Source: Trichormus sp. ATA11-4-KO1 (GTDB lineage Bacteria > Cyanobacteriota > Cyanobacteriia > Cyanobacteriales > Nostocaceae). Taken from it: DNA of 64,000 nucleotides. The translations under genes were made by a program, and so were the position numbers. The stretch spans positions 64,001 to 128,000 of the forward strand of contig JAHHIM010000009.1 of NCBI GenBank assembly GCA_019358915.1, written 5' to 3'. The notes under the pieces are model-generated. The model was not told the origin of the DNA, made no database searches, and was given only the letters and a program-made list of their open reading frames with translations. Below, in pieces: positions 49,242 to 60,258 of this stretch. Positions within the stretch are counted from its first letter, which is position 1. Each line of letters opens with the position of its first letter.

Positions 49242-50888
49242 CTAGGTATTGATACTGTTAATAATTTGAGAAGGCTTGAGAAAGTTGTAAGGTATGGGAC
49301 GAGTTTGATTTCTAATGTCTATTTGTCGCTCTATTTCGTGTAAATCATGCTGGAACTGTACCAGAATTTCTTGCGCCAAACTATCAGCAAATTTTTCATC
49401 GTAGAAACCTAATTTATCGTAATGGTAAGATGTCAAAATATGCGTCCACATTACCTGATCAGCAGCTTGTTTAAAAGGTGGCAGGATCTTCATGATGGTT
49501 TCCATATCCACACCCTTCGTTTCTGGCATAGGTTGGTAGGCTGCATAGGGCATATTGGGGACAAAAGCCATATATTCGTACTGGGCAAAATTCAAAGCCG
49601 AATGCAAAGGAGCGCAAGTGAAAACTACTACACTGATAATTTCAATCAGTTGTTCTAGAGTATCAATTCTCCCAGGCATACCCTTAACTCTACCACCATC
49701 TTGAGCCACTAATTCCTTCGCCCAGTTTTGTAGTTCCTGGTCTTCACTGAGGTCTTCTGGGGTTTGATAATAAAGTTTCAGGTATTGAGTAACAAACTTT
49801 TCAATGGCATTCCAAATTAATATTCCATCATCCCGGAAAGGAAAGTGCGGCAAAACTTCGGCATCATCCATTTGGTTAGCTTTCATTAACCGGGGAAAGA
49901 CAAACTTCTCTACACTCCATTCATCGTAGGTTTTCACAATAAACCCTAGAGACTCTTCCAAAGCACCAGCCATAAAATTATCAACTGGCCCTCCCGGCTG
50001 TAAAAAGTAAAGACGACCCAAATCGTTATCAAATAACATGAACCGGAAATGAGGTTTAAGCAGTAAAGCGATCGGATGATTTTCTGCCAATTGACGTGCT
50101 GTGGAAATAGCAAAAGGTGCCATAACTGCATGAGTATAAGCAAAATGGCTGCCTAACTCTTGATGATTACCATCAGCAATTTGCACACAAGTTTTGGCGA
50201 GAAACCAATCTAAATGCGGATCGTTTGGTGTATAAACTAGGCTATTTGTCCCATAATCACTATTAATTTGAATAGCCACAGGCACTAATGAACCACCAGT
50301 CTGACTATGATTAGTTTGCCAATAAAATAGAGCCTGTGGCTTAGGAAGATACTTCTTACTATTTTGATAACTACCTCCTTTAACATCAACCAGTAAAGGG
50401 TAATCCAAGAAATACAACTTACCTTCTTTCAGAGCCTTTTCTAAATCATGTTCTCTACCTACAGCTTGCTGAAAATGATAGTTATTTACCCCAAAATTTC
50501 CAGGTAATACATCAATTCTGCGAATTGCCAACGGATTAGCACCAGAAAGCCTTTGTTCAGCAAAACAGGCATCTGACTTGTAATTTCTTAAAACATTTGG
50601 CTTTGGTAGAACCGACAAAAGATTTTCATATTCTTCCAACTCATCAAGCGGGTCAAATAAATTTTTTACTTGAGCAGCGAGCATATTAGGGACAAGATTC
50701 GCCATACTCCCCAAGCGTCCAGCAGTATATTGTGTCGAGAAAAGTTCTTGAGGAGGAACCTTATCAATTACTGGTACAGGAGCCAGATAATTATGATTAT
50801 ATTGATAATCTTCTCGGTTTTTATTCAGCCAATTTGTTCGAGTGTTAGGCTGAGGATCATTTTGCGGCAAATATGGTTTCATAGTCAT
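49242..50888 (-). CDS. Lipoxygenase
   Basis: QRLSGANP, WFLAK, HQELGSHFAYTH, FRDDG, HSALNF, C-terminal NSINT. Confidence 0.95.
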   Translation of the reverse strand: MTMKPYLPQNDPQPNTRTNWLNKNREDYQYNHNYLAPVPVIDKVPPQELFSTQYTAGRLGSMANLVPNMLAAQVKNLFDPLDELEEYENLLSVLPKPNVLRNYKSDACFAEQRLSGANPLAIRRIDVLPGNFGVNNYHFQQAVGREHDLEKALKEGKLYFLDYPLLVDVKGGSYQNSKKYLPKPQALFYWQTNHSQTGGSLVPVAIQINSDYGTNSLVYTPNDPHLDWFLAKTCVQIADGNHQELGSHFAYTHAVMAPFAISTARQLAENHPIALLLKPHFRFMLFDNDLGRLYFLQPGGPVDNFMAGALEESLGFIVKTYDEWSVEKFVFPRLMKANQMDDAEVLPHFPFRDDGILIWNAIEKFVTQYLKLYYQTPEDLSEDQELQNWAKELVAQDGGRVKGMPGRIDTLEQLIEIISVVVFTCAPLHSALNFAQYEYMAFVPNMPYAAYQPMPETKGVDMETIMKILPPFKQAADQVMWTHILTSYHYDKLGFYDEKFADSLAQEILVQFQHDLHEIERQIDIRNQTRPIPYNFLKPSQIINSINT

Positions 50889-50924
50889 ATCTTTATATAG
50901 TCAGTAGCCATTGCAGTAACTTGT

Positions 50925-52367
50925 TTACAACGTTTTCAGATACTCAATTAATGCTTGCTTCTCCTCACCAGATAAATCAGTTCCATAAAGATGGCCTTGA
51001 TTGGAATTGGCAGTAACGGTGGTATCGTATTTAAAACCTACACGTTCCGCTTCCTCACCATCGGAAACGAAGCCAACTTTTTGCGGATCATAGACATCGT
51101 ATCCCCGATAAAAAACAGCAGTCCGATTTTCGGGTTTTTCTAATAAATCTTGCAAAGATGGTACAGAACCATTATGCAGATATGGCGCTCTCAACCACAG
51201 TCCATCCAGAGAAACAGAGACATAGCCGTCGGTTTTACGTAAGTTGTTGAAGTCCCAAGGATAACCCTCAGCAAACTTGTTGTAAGTATCTGCTGCTTCC
51301 TGCGTCCACATATCTAAACGATGGCGGTCAGTACCCACCTCATCCACAGGAATCACTGTACCTGTTCTTTCCCCACCAAAGGCGTGACAAGATGCACAGG
51401 TATTAGCAAAAACTTGATTACCTTTTGCAGCCAATTTTTCATCCACCGCAAACGGATATTTAGGTGGTTCTAGTTGTGTAATATATTCCTCTACCTTTTG
51501 CAAATCTTCTACAGGTAGCGACTCTTTAGTTGCACCGTCACCAATGGCCCCAGTTTGCACAGTTTCTGTCAACGAAGTTTCTAAACCATCCCAATGTAGT
51601 GCAAATCCTGCGTGCATCTTTTGATTCCACAGAGGCATCATATCAGAGTTACCGATGGTGTCATCTTTAGCCAACTGTAAGGTATTGAATTTCACTGGAT
51701 TAAAAGGATCAATGCGACCAGGCCCCCAGTTGGGACGAGAATCCATCCACGTAAAACTTTCTTTTTGTGCTAGTAATTCTTTCTTGGTTTGCGGAATAAT
51801 CAAAAAGCGATAAAGTAAGTTTTCCACCCAAGAAAGTTGATAGTTATATTTGATTTCATCCAAGATATAGTCTGGTGTAAATCTTGGATCACTAGCAGTT
51901 GCACCCAGAAAGCGAATATATCCTTGCAAATCAAATTTATTGGAAGGCCCTGCGGCGACAATTGTGGGTTTATCTTTTTGGGTGGTTCTATAGGTAGCAG
52001 TATGACAAACAGCACAAGTGATTCCTACACGAGGAAAACCAATTGTTTTTTTCGTAAAGCCAATTGGTGTTTCTTTACCTTCTTCCCATGTAATACCTAA
52101 AGAAGTGTAACCACCAGGCCCCGGTAGCTTATCAGGAAATATACGGGGTAGTACCAGCCAAATCCAATAAGGCACACCTTGTGCATTTTCTGTACCGATA
52201 GAACCATATTTAAAGTGATCCTCAGGTGATTCGTAAGACTCGTAAGGGATAGGAACTTCCCGAAACAAGTTGTACCATCCTACATAGCCAACTACTCCAA
52301 CGACAAGAACAAAAACTACAACAAGGCTGGCGATAATTCTACCTAATTTATCTTTGAAAAATTTCAT
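50925..52367 (-). CDS. Membrane-anchored di-haem c protein, RoxA/MauG-like
   Basis: CAVCH and CASCH; WLRAPYLHNGSVP motif; N-terminal TM helix. Confidence 0.8.
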   Translation of the reverse strand: MKFFKDKLGRIIASLVVVFVLVVGVVGYVGWYNLFREVPIPYESYESPEDHFKYGSIGTENAQGVPYWIWLVLPRIFPDKLPGPGGYTSLGITWEEGKETPIGFTKKTIGFPRVGITCAVCHTATYRTTQKDKPTIVAAGPSNKFDLQGYIRFLGATASDPRFTPDYILDEIKYNYQLSWVENLLYRFLIIPQTKKELLAQKESFTWMDSRPNWGPGRIDPFNPVKFNTLQLAKDDTIGNSDMMPLWNQKMHAGFALHWDGLETSLTETVQTGAIGDGATKESLPVEDLQKVEEYITQLEPPKYPFAVDEKLAAKGNQVFANTCASCHAFGGERTGTVIPVDEVGTDRHRLDMWTQEAADTYNKFAEGYPWDFNNLRKTDGYVSVSLDGLWLRAPYLHNGSVPSLQDLLEKPENRTAVFYRGYDVYDPQKVGFVSDGEEAERVGFKYDTTVTANSNQGHLYGTDLSGEEKQALIEYLKTL

Positions 52368-52445
52368 GGATTACATTGCTCCTTTGCAGAATCATCTGTT
52401 TGTAGAGCAGATAAAATACCTGCTCTAGGAAGCTGAAGGTAAAAA

Positions 52446-52871
52446 TTAAGAGAATTGCTTCACTGGTTCCGCAGTTCCTAAGTTTTGATTACGCATGGCT
52501 AGCGTCAGAAAAATTGCCTCAAATACTCCAAAAAACAAGTCTACAAAGGCAATAGATAAAAAGCCTTTATCTTGTCCAAATAAAAATACTGCACAAATGA
52601 AAAATGTGGCTCCAAAAGTGCGTGATGGAAATATTGAAAGCCAAGCCGTTGCTATATATCGAGCAGGATTAATTGCTCCAGGGACATAAAAAGCACTAAT
52701 AATAAATAACAGCATTCCCGCAGCCCGAACCCAAATAATCGGCACAGGCACTTGCATTTTGAGAAACCACAACATCAACTCTGGAAAAAAGCAAGAGGGA
52801 ATGACAAAAAGCATATTGACAATGATGCCCAGCCAAGTAATGCGACTAAACCATTTAGCATAAGTATTCAT
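52446..52871 (-). CDS. Hypothetical 4-TM membrane protein
   Basis: Four hydrophobic segments; lies between the two haem-protein paralogues. Confidence 0.75.
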   Translation of the reverse strand: MNTYAKWFSRITWLGIIVNMLFVIPSCFFPELMLWFLKMQVPVPIIWVRAAGMLLFIISAFYVPGAINPARYIATAWLSIFPSRTFGATFFICAVFLFGQDKGFLSIAFVDLFFGVFEAIFLTLAMRNQNLGTAEPVKQFS

Positions 52872-52885
52872 TAATTTTCTCCTAT

Positions 52886-54361
52886 TTACAGATTCTTCAT
52901 GTACTCAACTAGGGCATCTTTCTCATCTGGAGATAGTTCAGTGCCGTATAAGTGACCGCTATTACTATTTCCAGGTTTTGAAGTATCAAACTCAAAATAT
53001 TTATTACCGTCTTCTTCCGCGATTGTCGAAATAAATCCTACTTTTTCTCTATCAATCACATCGTAGCCTCGGTAAAATTTATTGGGTCTATTTTCTGGCT
53101 TTTCTAGTAAATCTCGGAGTGTGGGAACTGAGCCATTATGCAAATAAGGTGCGCGTAACCAAATACCATCTAGTGGCATAGTGGCATAACCATTTGTTTT
53201 GCGGAAATCCTTAAATCGCCATTCATAACCTGTGTACAAAGTATTTTGGTTAGACATGGTTTCATAGGTATATGAATCGAGGCGATGGGGGTCTGTGCCG
53301 ATTTCTTGAATTGGTATAACTTTACCGACATTTGCACCACCAAAAGCATGACAGCTAGCACAATTATTTTGAAATAACTTTTCTCCTGTGGCTGCTAATG
53401 TTGTATTAACTTCGTAAGGATATTTTGGCGGTGGTAATTCCCACAACCAATCAGCAACTCGATCAATTCGTGGTAAATCTATGGTTGTCGGTGTGACTCC
53501 TGCACCTAAAGCGGCACTTTTATTGCGTTCATCAACAGATTTATTATTACCATCCCAATGCAGCTGCAATCCCTCCCGGGGTGCTTGATTCCAAACTGAG
53601 GGAAAATCAGCAGTACCTATCAATTCATCTTCACGCAATTTATCCATTGGAAAATGAAACTGAATGGCTTTATAGGGATTAAATGTGTCTACTCTACCTG
53701 GCCCCCATTCTGGTTGTGCTTCAATAAAAGCAAGTTGGCTTCTCTGGTTAATGAGTGCGTCTCTGGTTTGCGGAATGGCGATAAAGCGATAAATTAATTT
53801 TTGGATGGGATTAAGTCCGCCACTGATTTTTTCAATTTCTGGTAGCATCCGGTTAGCAGTAAATCTTGGGTCTACAGCTACTGCGGATAAAAATTTGATA
53901 TACCCCTGCAAATTAACTACATTAGCAGGCATGGCTGTAATTACTTGGCGATCGCTCGTAGATGTATCTCTGAGTGTGCCTGTGTGACATACAGCACAAT
54001 TTAAACCTACGCGGTCAATTAATACTCGCCGTTGGGAAAATCCTACTGGTAAGTCTTTGTCCTGTTCTTGAATAAATCCTAGTGAGGTATAACCTTGACC
54101 TGGTAATTTATCGGAGAATAATTCTGGTAATACTTTCCAAATCCAATAAGGTACTCCATTAATGTTTTCGCTGCCAATTGAACCATATTTAAAGTGGTCT
54201 TCAATATCGGCATAATCAACTGGGGAGTTGGCAAAACTAGGCCAAATCAAGAAGATAGCTGTTACTATAACTCCTACGATGAAAATCCAAATACGCCTGA
54301 AAAATCCTTTTCTTCCTTTTAATGAGGTGAGAATGAGGGTAGGGTTAGTTTGTTCAGTCAT
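52886..54361 (-). CDS. Membrane-anchored di-haem c protein, RoxA/MauG-like (paralogue of 50925-52367)
   Basis: Shared DHFKYGSIG, GVPYWIW, CAVCH, WGPGR, CASCH, WLRAPYLHNGSVP. Confidence 0.8.
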   Translation of the reverse strand: MTEQTNPTLILTSLKGRKGFFRRIWIFIVGVIVTAIFLIWPSFANSPVDYADIEDHFKYGSIGSENINGVPYWIWKVLPELFSDKLPGQGYTSLGFIQEQDKDLPVGFSQRRVLIDRVGLNCAVCHTGTLRDTSTSDRQVITAMPANVVNLQGYIKFLSAVAVDPRFTANRMLPEIEKISGGLNPIQKLIYRFIAIPQTRDALINQRSQLAFIEAQPEWGPGRVDTFNPYKAIQFHFPMDKLREDELIGTADFPSVWNQAPREGLQLHWDGNNKSVDERNKSAALGAGVTPTTIDLPRIDRVADWLWELPPPKYPYEVNTTLAATGEKLFQNNCASCHAFGGANVGKVIPIQEIGTDPHRLDSYTYETMSNQNTLYTGYEWRFKDFRKTNGYATMPLDGIWLRAPYLHNGSVPTLRDLLEKPENRPNKFYRGYDVIDREKVGFISTIAEEDGNKYFEFDTSKPGNSNSGHLYGTELSPDEKDALVEYMKNL

Positions 54362-54466
54362 GAAACACTCCCTATATTGTTGAGGTTATTTATGTAACGT
54401 TCGCGCAGCGCAGACTACAGAGACGCCGAGAACACAGAGAGAAAGATCAGAGATACTGGATTTAAG

Positions 54467-55852
54467 CTATGGAGCAAATTGAGTGGGATGAAATACTGAC
54501 ATGACTTCTTTCATCATGTCTTCGTAGCTATCGAAGCGGTCTTGTTCGTAGCAGCCTAGGGGATTTTCAATGACGTTTAACAGGCATTTATTGCAGTAGG
54601 TGCATGGTTTATCTGGAAGGTCTTTACCTTCTTGAAAAGTTTTAGTTAAGTCATTGTTTGCAATTAAGGGGCGAGCGATTGTTACGCCATCACAATAGTC
54701 ATCATTAATTGCTTGACGGATATAAGAGGCTTGCTGAAAACCACCTGTGCATAATACGGGGATATTTACATGTTTTTTAATTTCACGAGAATCTAATAAG
54801 TTTCTGCCTTGGTTTTCCGCTAGAAGCTGGCTCATTTTTACATTTTGGACTGCATCACCGCTAAAGGGTTGAGGTGGTAATTGCTTTTTCACCCGGTTCC
54901 ATAACAATTTGAAAATGGGATGCAAAAATGATTTGCGAAACAAAATGTAGTTGCGTGTGGTTTCTGTACCACTTGACAACATTGCATCATAGGTTTTGGT
55001 GATGATATCAAAATCAAAACCGCCAATGGGATTAAGTGGGTGCGGAAATAAGCTTCCTGTTGATACATGCACTGCATCAGCACCAGCTGCTTCCGCCCAT
55101 TGACAAACTTTAATGGAATCTTCTAAGGTATTACCTGGTTTTTCCCAAAATGTTACGGCGTTATTATAGTCAACAGCGCTAATTTTAAATTGCAAATGAA
55201 AGTCATTACCTACTTCTTTGCGAATGGCTTTAATTACATCTAATAAAAATCTGGCTCGATTCTCTAATGAGCCACCGTATTCGTCTGTACGGTTGTTAAT
55301 TCCTGAACTGAGAAATTGTGTAAATAAGTATCCGTTGCCACTGTGCAATTCTATCCCGTCTAAGCCTGCTTCTCTCGCCCGTCTAGCACCATCAGCAAAT
55401 TTCTGGATAGTCTCTTGAATCTCTAATGAGGTCATTGCTTGGCATTCAAAGCCGTGGAATGGTTCAGTATCACTGGTGGAACTTAAAGCTTTTAATCCCT
55501 GGTTTTCTACCCCAGCAATGTCTTGTTGTCGTCCAGAATGACTCAGTTGCAAGATTAATTTACAGTCATATTCGTGGGATTTTTCTCCAATTTTTCGCCA
55601 GAAGGGAATACTTTCATCACTGTGAATAGTGGCGTAATTCGGCATAATTCTTCCCCGGATGGCGACTGGTACAAAAGATGTAATAATCGCTCCTACACCA
55701 CCACGGGCAAATTTTTCTTCCCAGTTAATCCGGGCTTGAGTACCTGAACCATCATAGTTATCCCACCGTCCAGAAATACTGGAACGAAAGATACGGTTTT
55801 TTACGGTGAGGGTGCGGAATTGCAACGGTTCAAAAATAATATCGTTTGCCAT
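54467..55852 (-). CDS. NADH:flavin oxidoreductase (old yellow enzyme family)
   Basis: QLSHSGRQ, IELHSGNGYL, RTDEYGGSLENRARF; C-terminal CTYCNKC...C. Confidence 0.93.
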   Translation of the reverse strand: MANDIIFEPLQFRTLTVKNRIFRSSISGRWDNYDGSGTQARINWEEKFARGGVGAIITSFVPVAIRGRIMPNYATIHSDESIPFWRKIGEKSHEYDCKLILQLSHSGRQQDIAGVENQGLKALSSTSDTEPFHGFECQAMTSLEIQETIQKFADGARRAREAGLDGIELHSGNGYLFTQFLSSGINNRTDEYGGSLENRARFLLDVIKAIRKEVGNDFHLQFKISAVDYNNAVTFWEKPGNTLEDSIKVCQWAEAAGADAVHVSTGSLFPHPLNPIGGFDFDIITKTYDAMLSSGTETTRNYILFRKSFLHPIFKLLWNRVKKQLPPQPFSGDAVQNVKMSQLLAENQGRNLLDSREIKKHVNIPVLCTGGFQQASYIRQAINDDYCDGVTIARPLIANNDLTKTFQEGKDLPDKPCTYCNKCLLNVIENPLGCYEQDRFDSYEDMMKEVMSVFHPTQFAP

Positions 55853-56491
55853 TTTTCTCTCGTATTTGTAATAAGAGTAGGAATCATAATTTGTACCAGT
55901 ACTGATAACATCCCTAGAAAACTGCTGCTGGCAGCGCCTCTAGGAGGGAACTCTTTTGGATCTACAAGTTCACAATGTAGAATTTCGGATGCGATCGCTA
56001 AATATTAAGTTTTTGTTACTTAGATTTGTTTATGCAGTATTAGCCTCAATACTGACCTACTAAGAGCTTTGCCCTTAATAAAAATTTTTACCAGCTTAAA
56101 TCCACTAAATCTTAAAAAAGTAAAAATTTTCTGCTTTCATTTCTTGTCAAAAGGTTAAGGTAACCTTAATAAAATGTTTTGAAAATTTGTGACAAATTTA
56201 ACCTGTGAAATATTTGGATACCAACATAACAGATTGAATTTGCACCCTGTTGTAAATTTACAATTTTTTAAATTATTGAGTTTTACAAGTATAAAAGTTT
56301 CTTAATGACGTTTGGCAGACTTGTGTAGTAACTTCGTATATGACGGAACCTCGGTAAGGTGCATTTTTAATCACCAAAAATATCTGTAGGATAAATCCGG
56401 AAAAAGATGAATTACTAATGAAGCATAGGTGTGCCTCCGCAAAAGTTGAGATACACCTGCGAAGGTTTAGGCGTTGCAACCAGTGAGTTTT

Positions 56492-58501
56492 ATGAGGAAA
56501 ATACGTCTAATTTGGAAGGGCTGTCTGATGTTCCTTACCGTGGCTATATTCTTAGTCTGCGGCCTATACGGAACACCTACAGCACTGGCAAGTGAGTATA
56601 GTGAAACACCTACTCTAATTGCCAATGAGTATAATGATACGGCTACATCTGACTATGCAGATAACTGTGATGGTATCGGATATCTCCCTTCATACACTGA
56701 TGGAGAATTAACTGATGCTGAAAAACGGGGTCGTTGCACTTGGTACTTATGGACTGCCGGTAATGATAAGTACTATCGCGATATCGCGAAGCGAACTCAT
56801 GGCGGTGTTGACTTACTCAAGTTGATTGACTCCCGCATACATGATGAGCGATTCCAACGCTTTGGTGCAATTAATGATCCTGGATGTGAAAAGGCTACAG
56901 CACCAGATGAATATGGGCTGTGGTTGGATGAGTGTAAAGATCCGCTTTCAACTGGTGTAATTGGGTTACGTAAGTTCCAAAATCCGAACTTCGACCCGGA
57001 AAAGTGGAATCCTGTTGAGTATGCTAAAAACTCAGAAGTCGAGCCTCCCTACCGGATTGGGCAATCTTGTGCTATTTGTCACGTGGCATTAGATCCCCTT
57101 AACCCGCCTAAAGACCCAGAACATCCAAAATGGGAAAATCTTGTACCAGCATTGGGTAACCAGTACATCAAAGAAAGTCGATTATTTGCTGGTAACGTTA
57201 GTGACGATAGTTTTGTTAAACAAGTACTGAACGCCCAGAGACCTGGGACTTCCGACACTTCTCGGATTGGCAATGATCACATCAATAATCCTAATGCGAT
57301 CAACGCCATATTTAATTTAGGCGATCGCCCCAAATATCCAGAGGTGATGAACGATGGTTCCATTCAGGAAGTCAATCACATCCTCAAAGATGGTGCAGAC
57401 TCTACAGGTGTAGCAAATGCTTCACTGCGTGTCTATGTCAACATTGGCATGTGTGGAGATTACTGGTTAACTCTCCATGAACCTTTGTTAGGGCGAACTC
57501 CCCAACGACCTTTTGATATTGAAAAGGCGAGGAAGGAGTGTGAAGACTGGAGACAGACGGAAGCGCGAATGGCAGATGCAGAAGAATTTCTGAAAACTAT
57601 CGGGCCGATGCACCTTAAAGATGCACCAGGCGGCGAAGCTTTCTTAACCAAAGACGAGAAAATCCTCGATCGCGGCAAGATTGCTTTTGCTAATAGTTGT
57701 GCTAGTTGCCATTCCAGCAAAAAAGCACCTGCGGAAATTGCTGCTGACCCCGACAAGGCTAAGCAGTGGTACATAGAATCTGTGCGTAGTAGTGATTTTC
57801 TCGATCACAACTTTTTATCTGATGACCAGCGTTACCCAGTCACACTAATTGGTACTAATGCTGCTCGTTCCTTGGGGACAAATGCGACTAAAGGGCATAT
57901 CTGGGAACAGTTCTCATCTAAAACCCACAAAGAAATGCCGTCACCAGGTAAATTGACACTGTACAATCCTTTTAACGAAGCTCAACCGATTGAGTTTCAA
58001 ATTCCCCAAGGCGGTGTGGGATATTACCGCACACCTTCCCTCGTCAGCATTTGGGCAACAGCACCATTTCTCCATAACAACACCTTAGGAATATACAACG
58101 AAGATCCCACGGTGAAGGGACGTGTAGCAGCCTACACGGACGCTATGGAAAAAATGTTGTGGCCAGAAAAGCGTGAAAACATTATCAGTCGGACGGATCG
58201 CAAGACTAGATTAGATCTACCTCCTGGAGATCCAAATGCTAGATTTAGCCTTCCTGTACCTCAGGGTACGCCAGTGAATTTGCTGGCAAACATCAACATC
58301 CGAGAGGCGATTACATCTCTCAATCTCGGTAACCTGTTCCGAGACTTAAGGCCAGAAGGTGGAATCAAAGGTAAACTGGCACGAGTGCTTTTAAGAGCAA
58401 ACAAGTCTCCTGACTTTATTGAAGACAGGGGTCATACTTTTGGCTCGAGTTTGTCAGATGAAGATAAGAAAGCCCTCATTGAATTCGTGAAGACTTTCTA
58501 A
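56492..58501 (+). CDS. Exported di-haem c protein, RoxA/MauG-like
   Basis: Signal peptide ending PTALA; CAICH and CASCH; WATAPFLHNN; ATG 56492 preferred over TTG 56474. Confidence 0.8.
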   Translation: MRKIRLIWKGCLMFLTVAIFLVCGLYGTPTALASEYSETPTLIANEYNDTATSDYADNCDGIGYLPSYTDGELTDAEKRGRCTWYLWTAGNDKYYRDIAKRTHGGVDLLKLIDSRIHDERFQRFGAINDPGCEKATAPDEYGLWLDECKDPLSTGVIGLRKFQNPNFDPEKWNPVEYAKNSEVEPPYRIGQSCAICHVALDPLNPPKDPEHPKWENLVPALGNQYIKESRLFAGNVSDDSFVKQVLNAQRPGTSDTSRIGNDHINNPNAINAIFNLGDRPKYPEVMNDGSIQEVNHILKDGADSTGVANASLRVYVNIGMCGDYWLTLHEPLLGRTPQRPFDIEKARKECEDWRQTEARMADAEEFLKTIGPMHLKDAPGGEAFLTKDEKILDRGKIAFANSCASCHSSKKAPAEIAADPDKAKQWYIESVRSSDFLDHNFLSDDQRYPVTLIGTNAARSLGTNATKGHIWEQFSSKTHKEMPSPGKLTLYNPFNEAQPIEFQIPQGGVGYYRTPSLVSIWATAPFLHNNTLGIYNEDPTVKGRVAAYTDAMEKMLWPEKRENIISRTDRKTRLDLPPGDPNARFSLPVPQGTPVNLLANINIREAITSLNLGNLFRDLRPEGGIKGKLARVLLRANKSPDFIEDRGHTFGSSLSDEDKKALIEFVKTF

Positions 58502-58753
58502 CACAACTTGTTTGGATACTTTGCATTACCTCACCCTGACTTTACCCTGCTGATCAATCTTTCTCTGACTAAGTACAACTTTGCATAAATTCATGGCGAA
58601 TTGAGGGTGGAAATTTAAACGCAAAGGATCGCCAAGGTTAGCGCAGAGTCACGCCAAGGTTTAATCAAGGCAATTTTTTTCCGTAAGGAGAGGGTTATCC
58701 GCTAGGACAGGGTGGGGTTATTCCAGGTTTTTAGGTGATTATAAAAAATAGAT

Positions 58754-60193
58754 ATGGAACAGATGAAATATTTACCAATCATTTACGTGCGTGGATATGC
58801 TGGTACGGATAAAGACGTTGAACAAACAGTTGAAGATCCATTTTATGGATTCAATAGTGGCTCAGCTCATGTGCGGGTGGGAGAACAAGGAAGTCCAGAA
58901 CAGTTTTTTTTCGAGAGTCCATTGCTGCGACTGATAACTGATCACGGTTATCGACCTGTATTTGATCATCACCATTCAAGCAGTCACCCGAAAACTATCT
59001 GGATCTACCGATTTTATGATGTAACTACCCAAAGTTTTGGTTCTTCAACAGCAGTCAGACTGGAGATGGAACAAATAGCAGAGGGTTTAAGAGACCTGAT
59101 TAATGATGTCAAAGAGCAAACAGGTGCTAGCAAAGTTTATTTAATTGCCCACTCAATGGGGGGTCTTGTTTGTCGTAGTTTAATTCAAAAGATTTATCCA
59201 GAAAAGAACGAAAAAGCGATTGATTACATTGATAAGTTATTTACCTATGGCACTCCTCATGGTGGTATTCATTTTCAGATGGGAGGCGGCTTAATCGAAA
59301 GAGTCAGGGATACAGTTAGATTGAATAACGTTGACGACTTTGGCCCCCAGCGCATGTACGAATATTTCACACCTCAAATGCGGCAAAGGGCTGTGTTACC
59401 AAATGATTTTGATGCCCAAAGCCTTGATGATACTTTTCCGGCAGACCGAGTTTTTTGTATTATCGGTACTAATGCCCGTGATTATGAAGCAGCTTTTGGT
59501 CTGACACAAAAGACTGTTGGTGCCCAAAGTGATGGTCTAGTTCAGATTGAGAAAGCCTATGTTAGAGGCTCTCATCGTGCCTATATTCATCGCACTCATA
59601 CTGGACGTTATGGGATGGTGAATTCGGAAGAAGGCTATCAAAATTTGCAACGTTTTTTCTTTGGTGATATTCAGGTAAAAATATCCCTTGCCAATGTCGA
59701 ATTAAGCGATCGCAATCATACTTTTTATCAAATGGAAGTCCGGGTGGCACTGCGTGGTCTACCTATTCCCATACATGAACAAGCGATTAATCATTATTGC
59801 CCAATTACACTAGAGTTAACTAGGGATAAACCCATCCCCTTATTTACAGCTTTTTTGGTGCCCCGTTATTCAGCCAGTGGTGATTGTACTTGTAGATATG
59901 CGATTAAATTAGCGTTGCATTCCTTCACTAGAAAAGAGAGGGAGTGGTTGTTTGGTAGCCATATCGACCAATTGCCTCTTTGGTCTGATTATCTCATCGT
60001 CGATGTCACGGCAATAGATGGTGTGTACAAGGCTCAGTACACCTGGAATTATGAAAATGATGAACCGCAACATCCCATAAATCCCAATCCCAATGCCAAT
60101 GTTTTCTTAGCAGATATTCTTTTACCTGAACGAGGGCAAAAAGCTTTGGGTAAACAAGCAGCAGTTCATTTGGAGATTTGCCCGTGGAGTTAG
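58754..60193 (+). CDS. Lipase/esterase-like alpha/beta hydrolase with a C-terminal extension
   Basis: LIAHSMGG nucleophile elbow, YGTPHGG, SDGLV. Confidence 0.85.
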   Translation: MEQMKYLPIIYVRGYAGTDKDVEQTVEDPFYGFNSGSAHVRVGEQGSPEQFFFESPLLRLITDHGYRPVFDHHHSSSHPKTIWIYRFYDVTTQSFGSSTAVRLEMEQIAEGLRDLINDVKEQTGASKVYLIAHSMGGLVCRSLIQKIYPEKNEKAIDYIDKLFTYGTPHGGIHFQMGGGLIERVRDTVRLNNVDDFGPQRMYEYFTPQMRQRAVLPNDFDAQSLDDTFPADRVFCIIGTNARDYEAAFGLTQKTVGAQSDGLVQIEKAYVRGSHRAYIHRTHTGRYGMVNSEEGYQNLQRFFFGDIQVKISLANVELSDRNHTFYQMEVRVALRGLPIPIHEQAINHYCPITLELTRDKPIPLFTAFLVPRYSASGDCTCRYAIKLALHSFTRKEREWLFGSHIDQLPLWSDYLIVDVTAIDGVYKAQYTWNYENDEPQHPINPNPNANVFLADILLPERGQKALGKQAAVHLEICPWS

Positions 60194-60258
60194 GGGAGTG
60201 GGGAATGTTTTCTCTAATACCTGGGAATTATTTTTTAGCTGTTACAAAAGGTAAATTT

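Noticed and set aside
50925..58501. Calling the di-haem proteins true rubber oxygenases or cytochrome c peroxidases
   Set aside because: Only the CxxCH pairs and the PYLHNGSVP-type motif are recognisable; substrate cannot be assigned from sequence alone.
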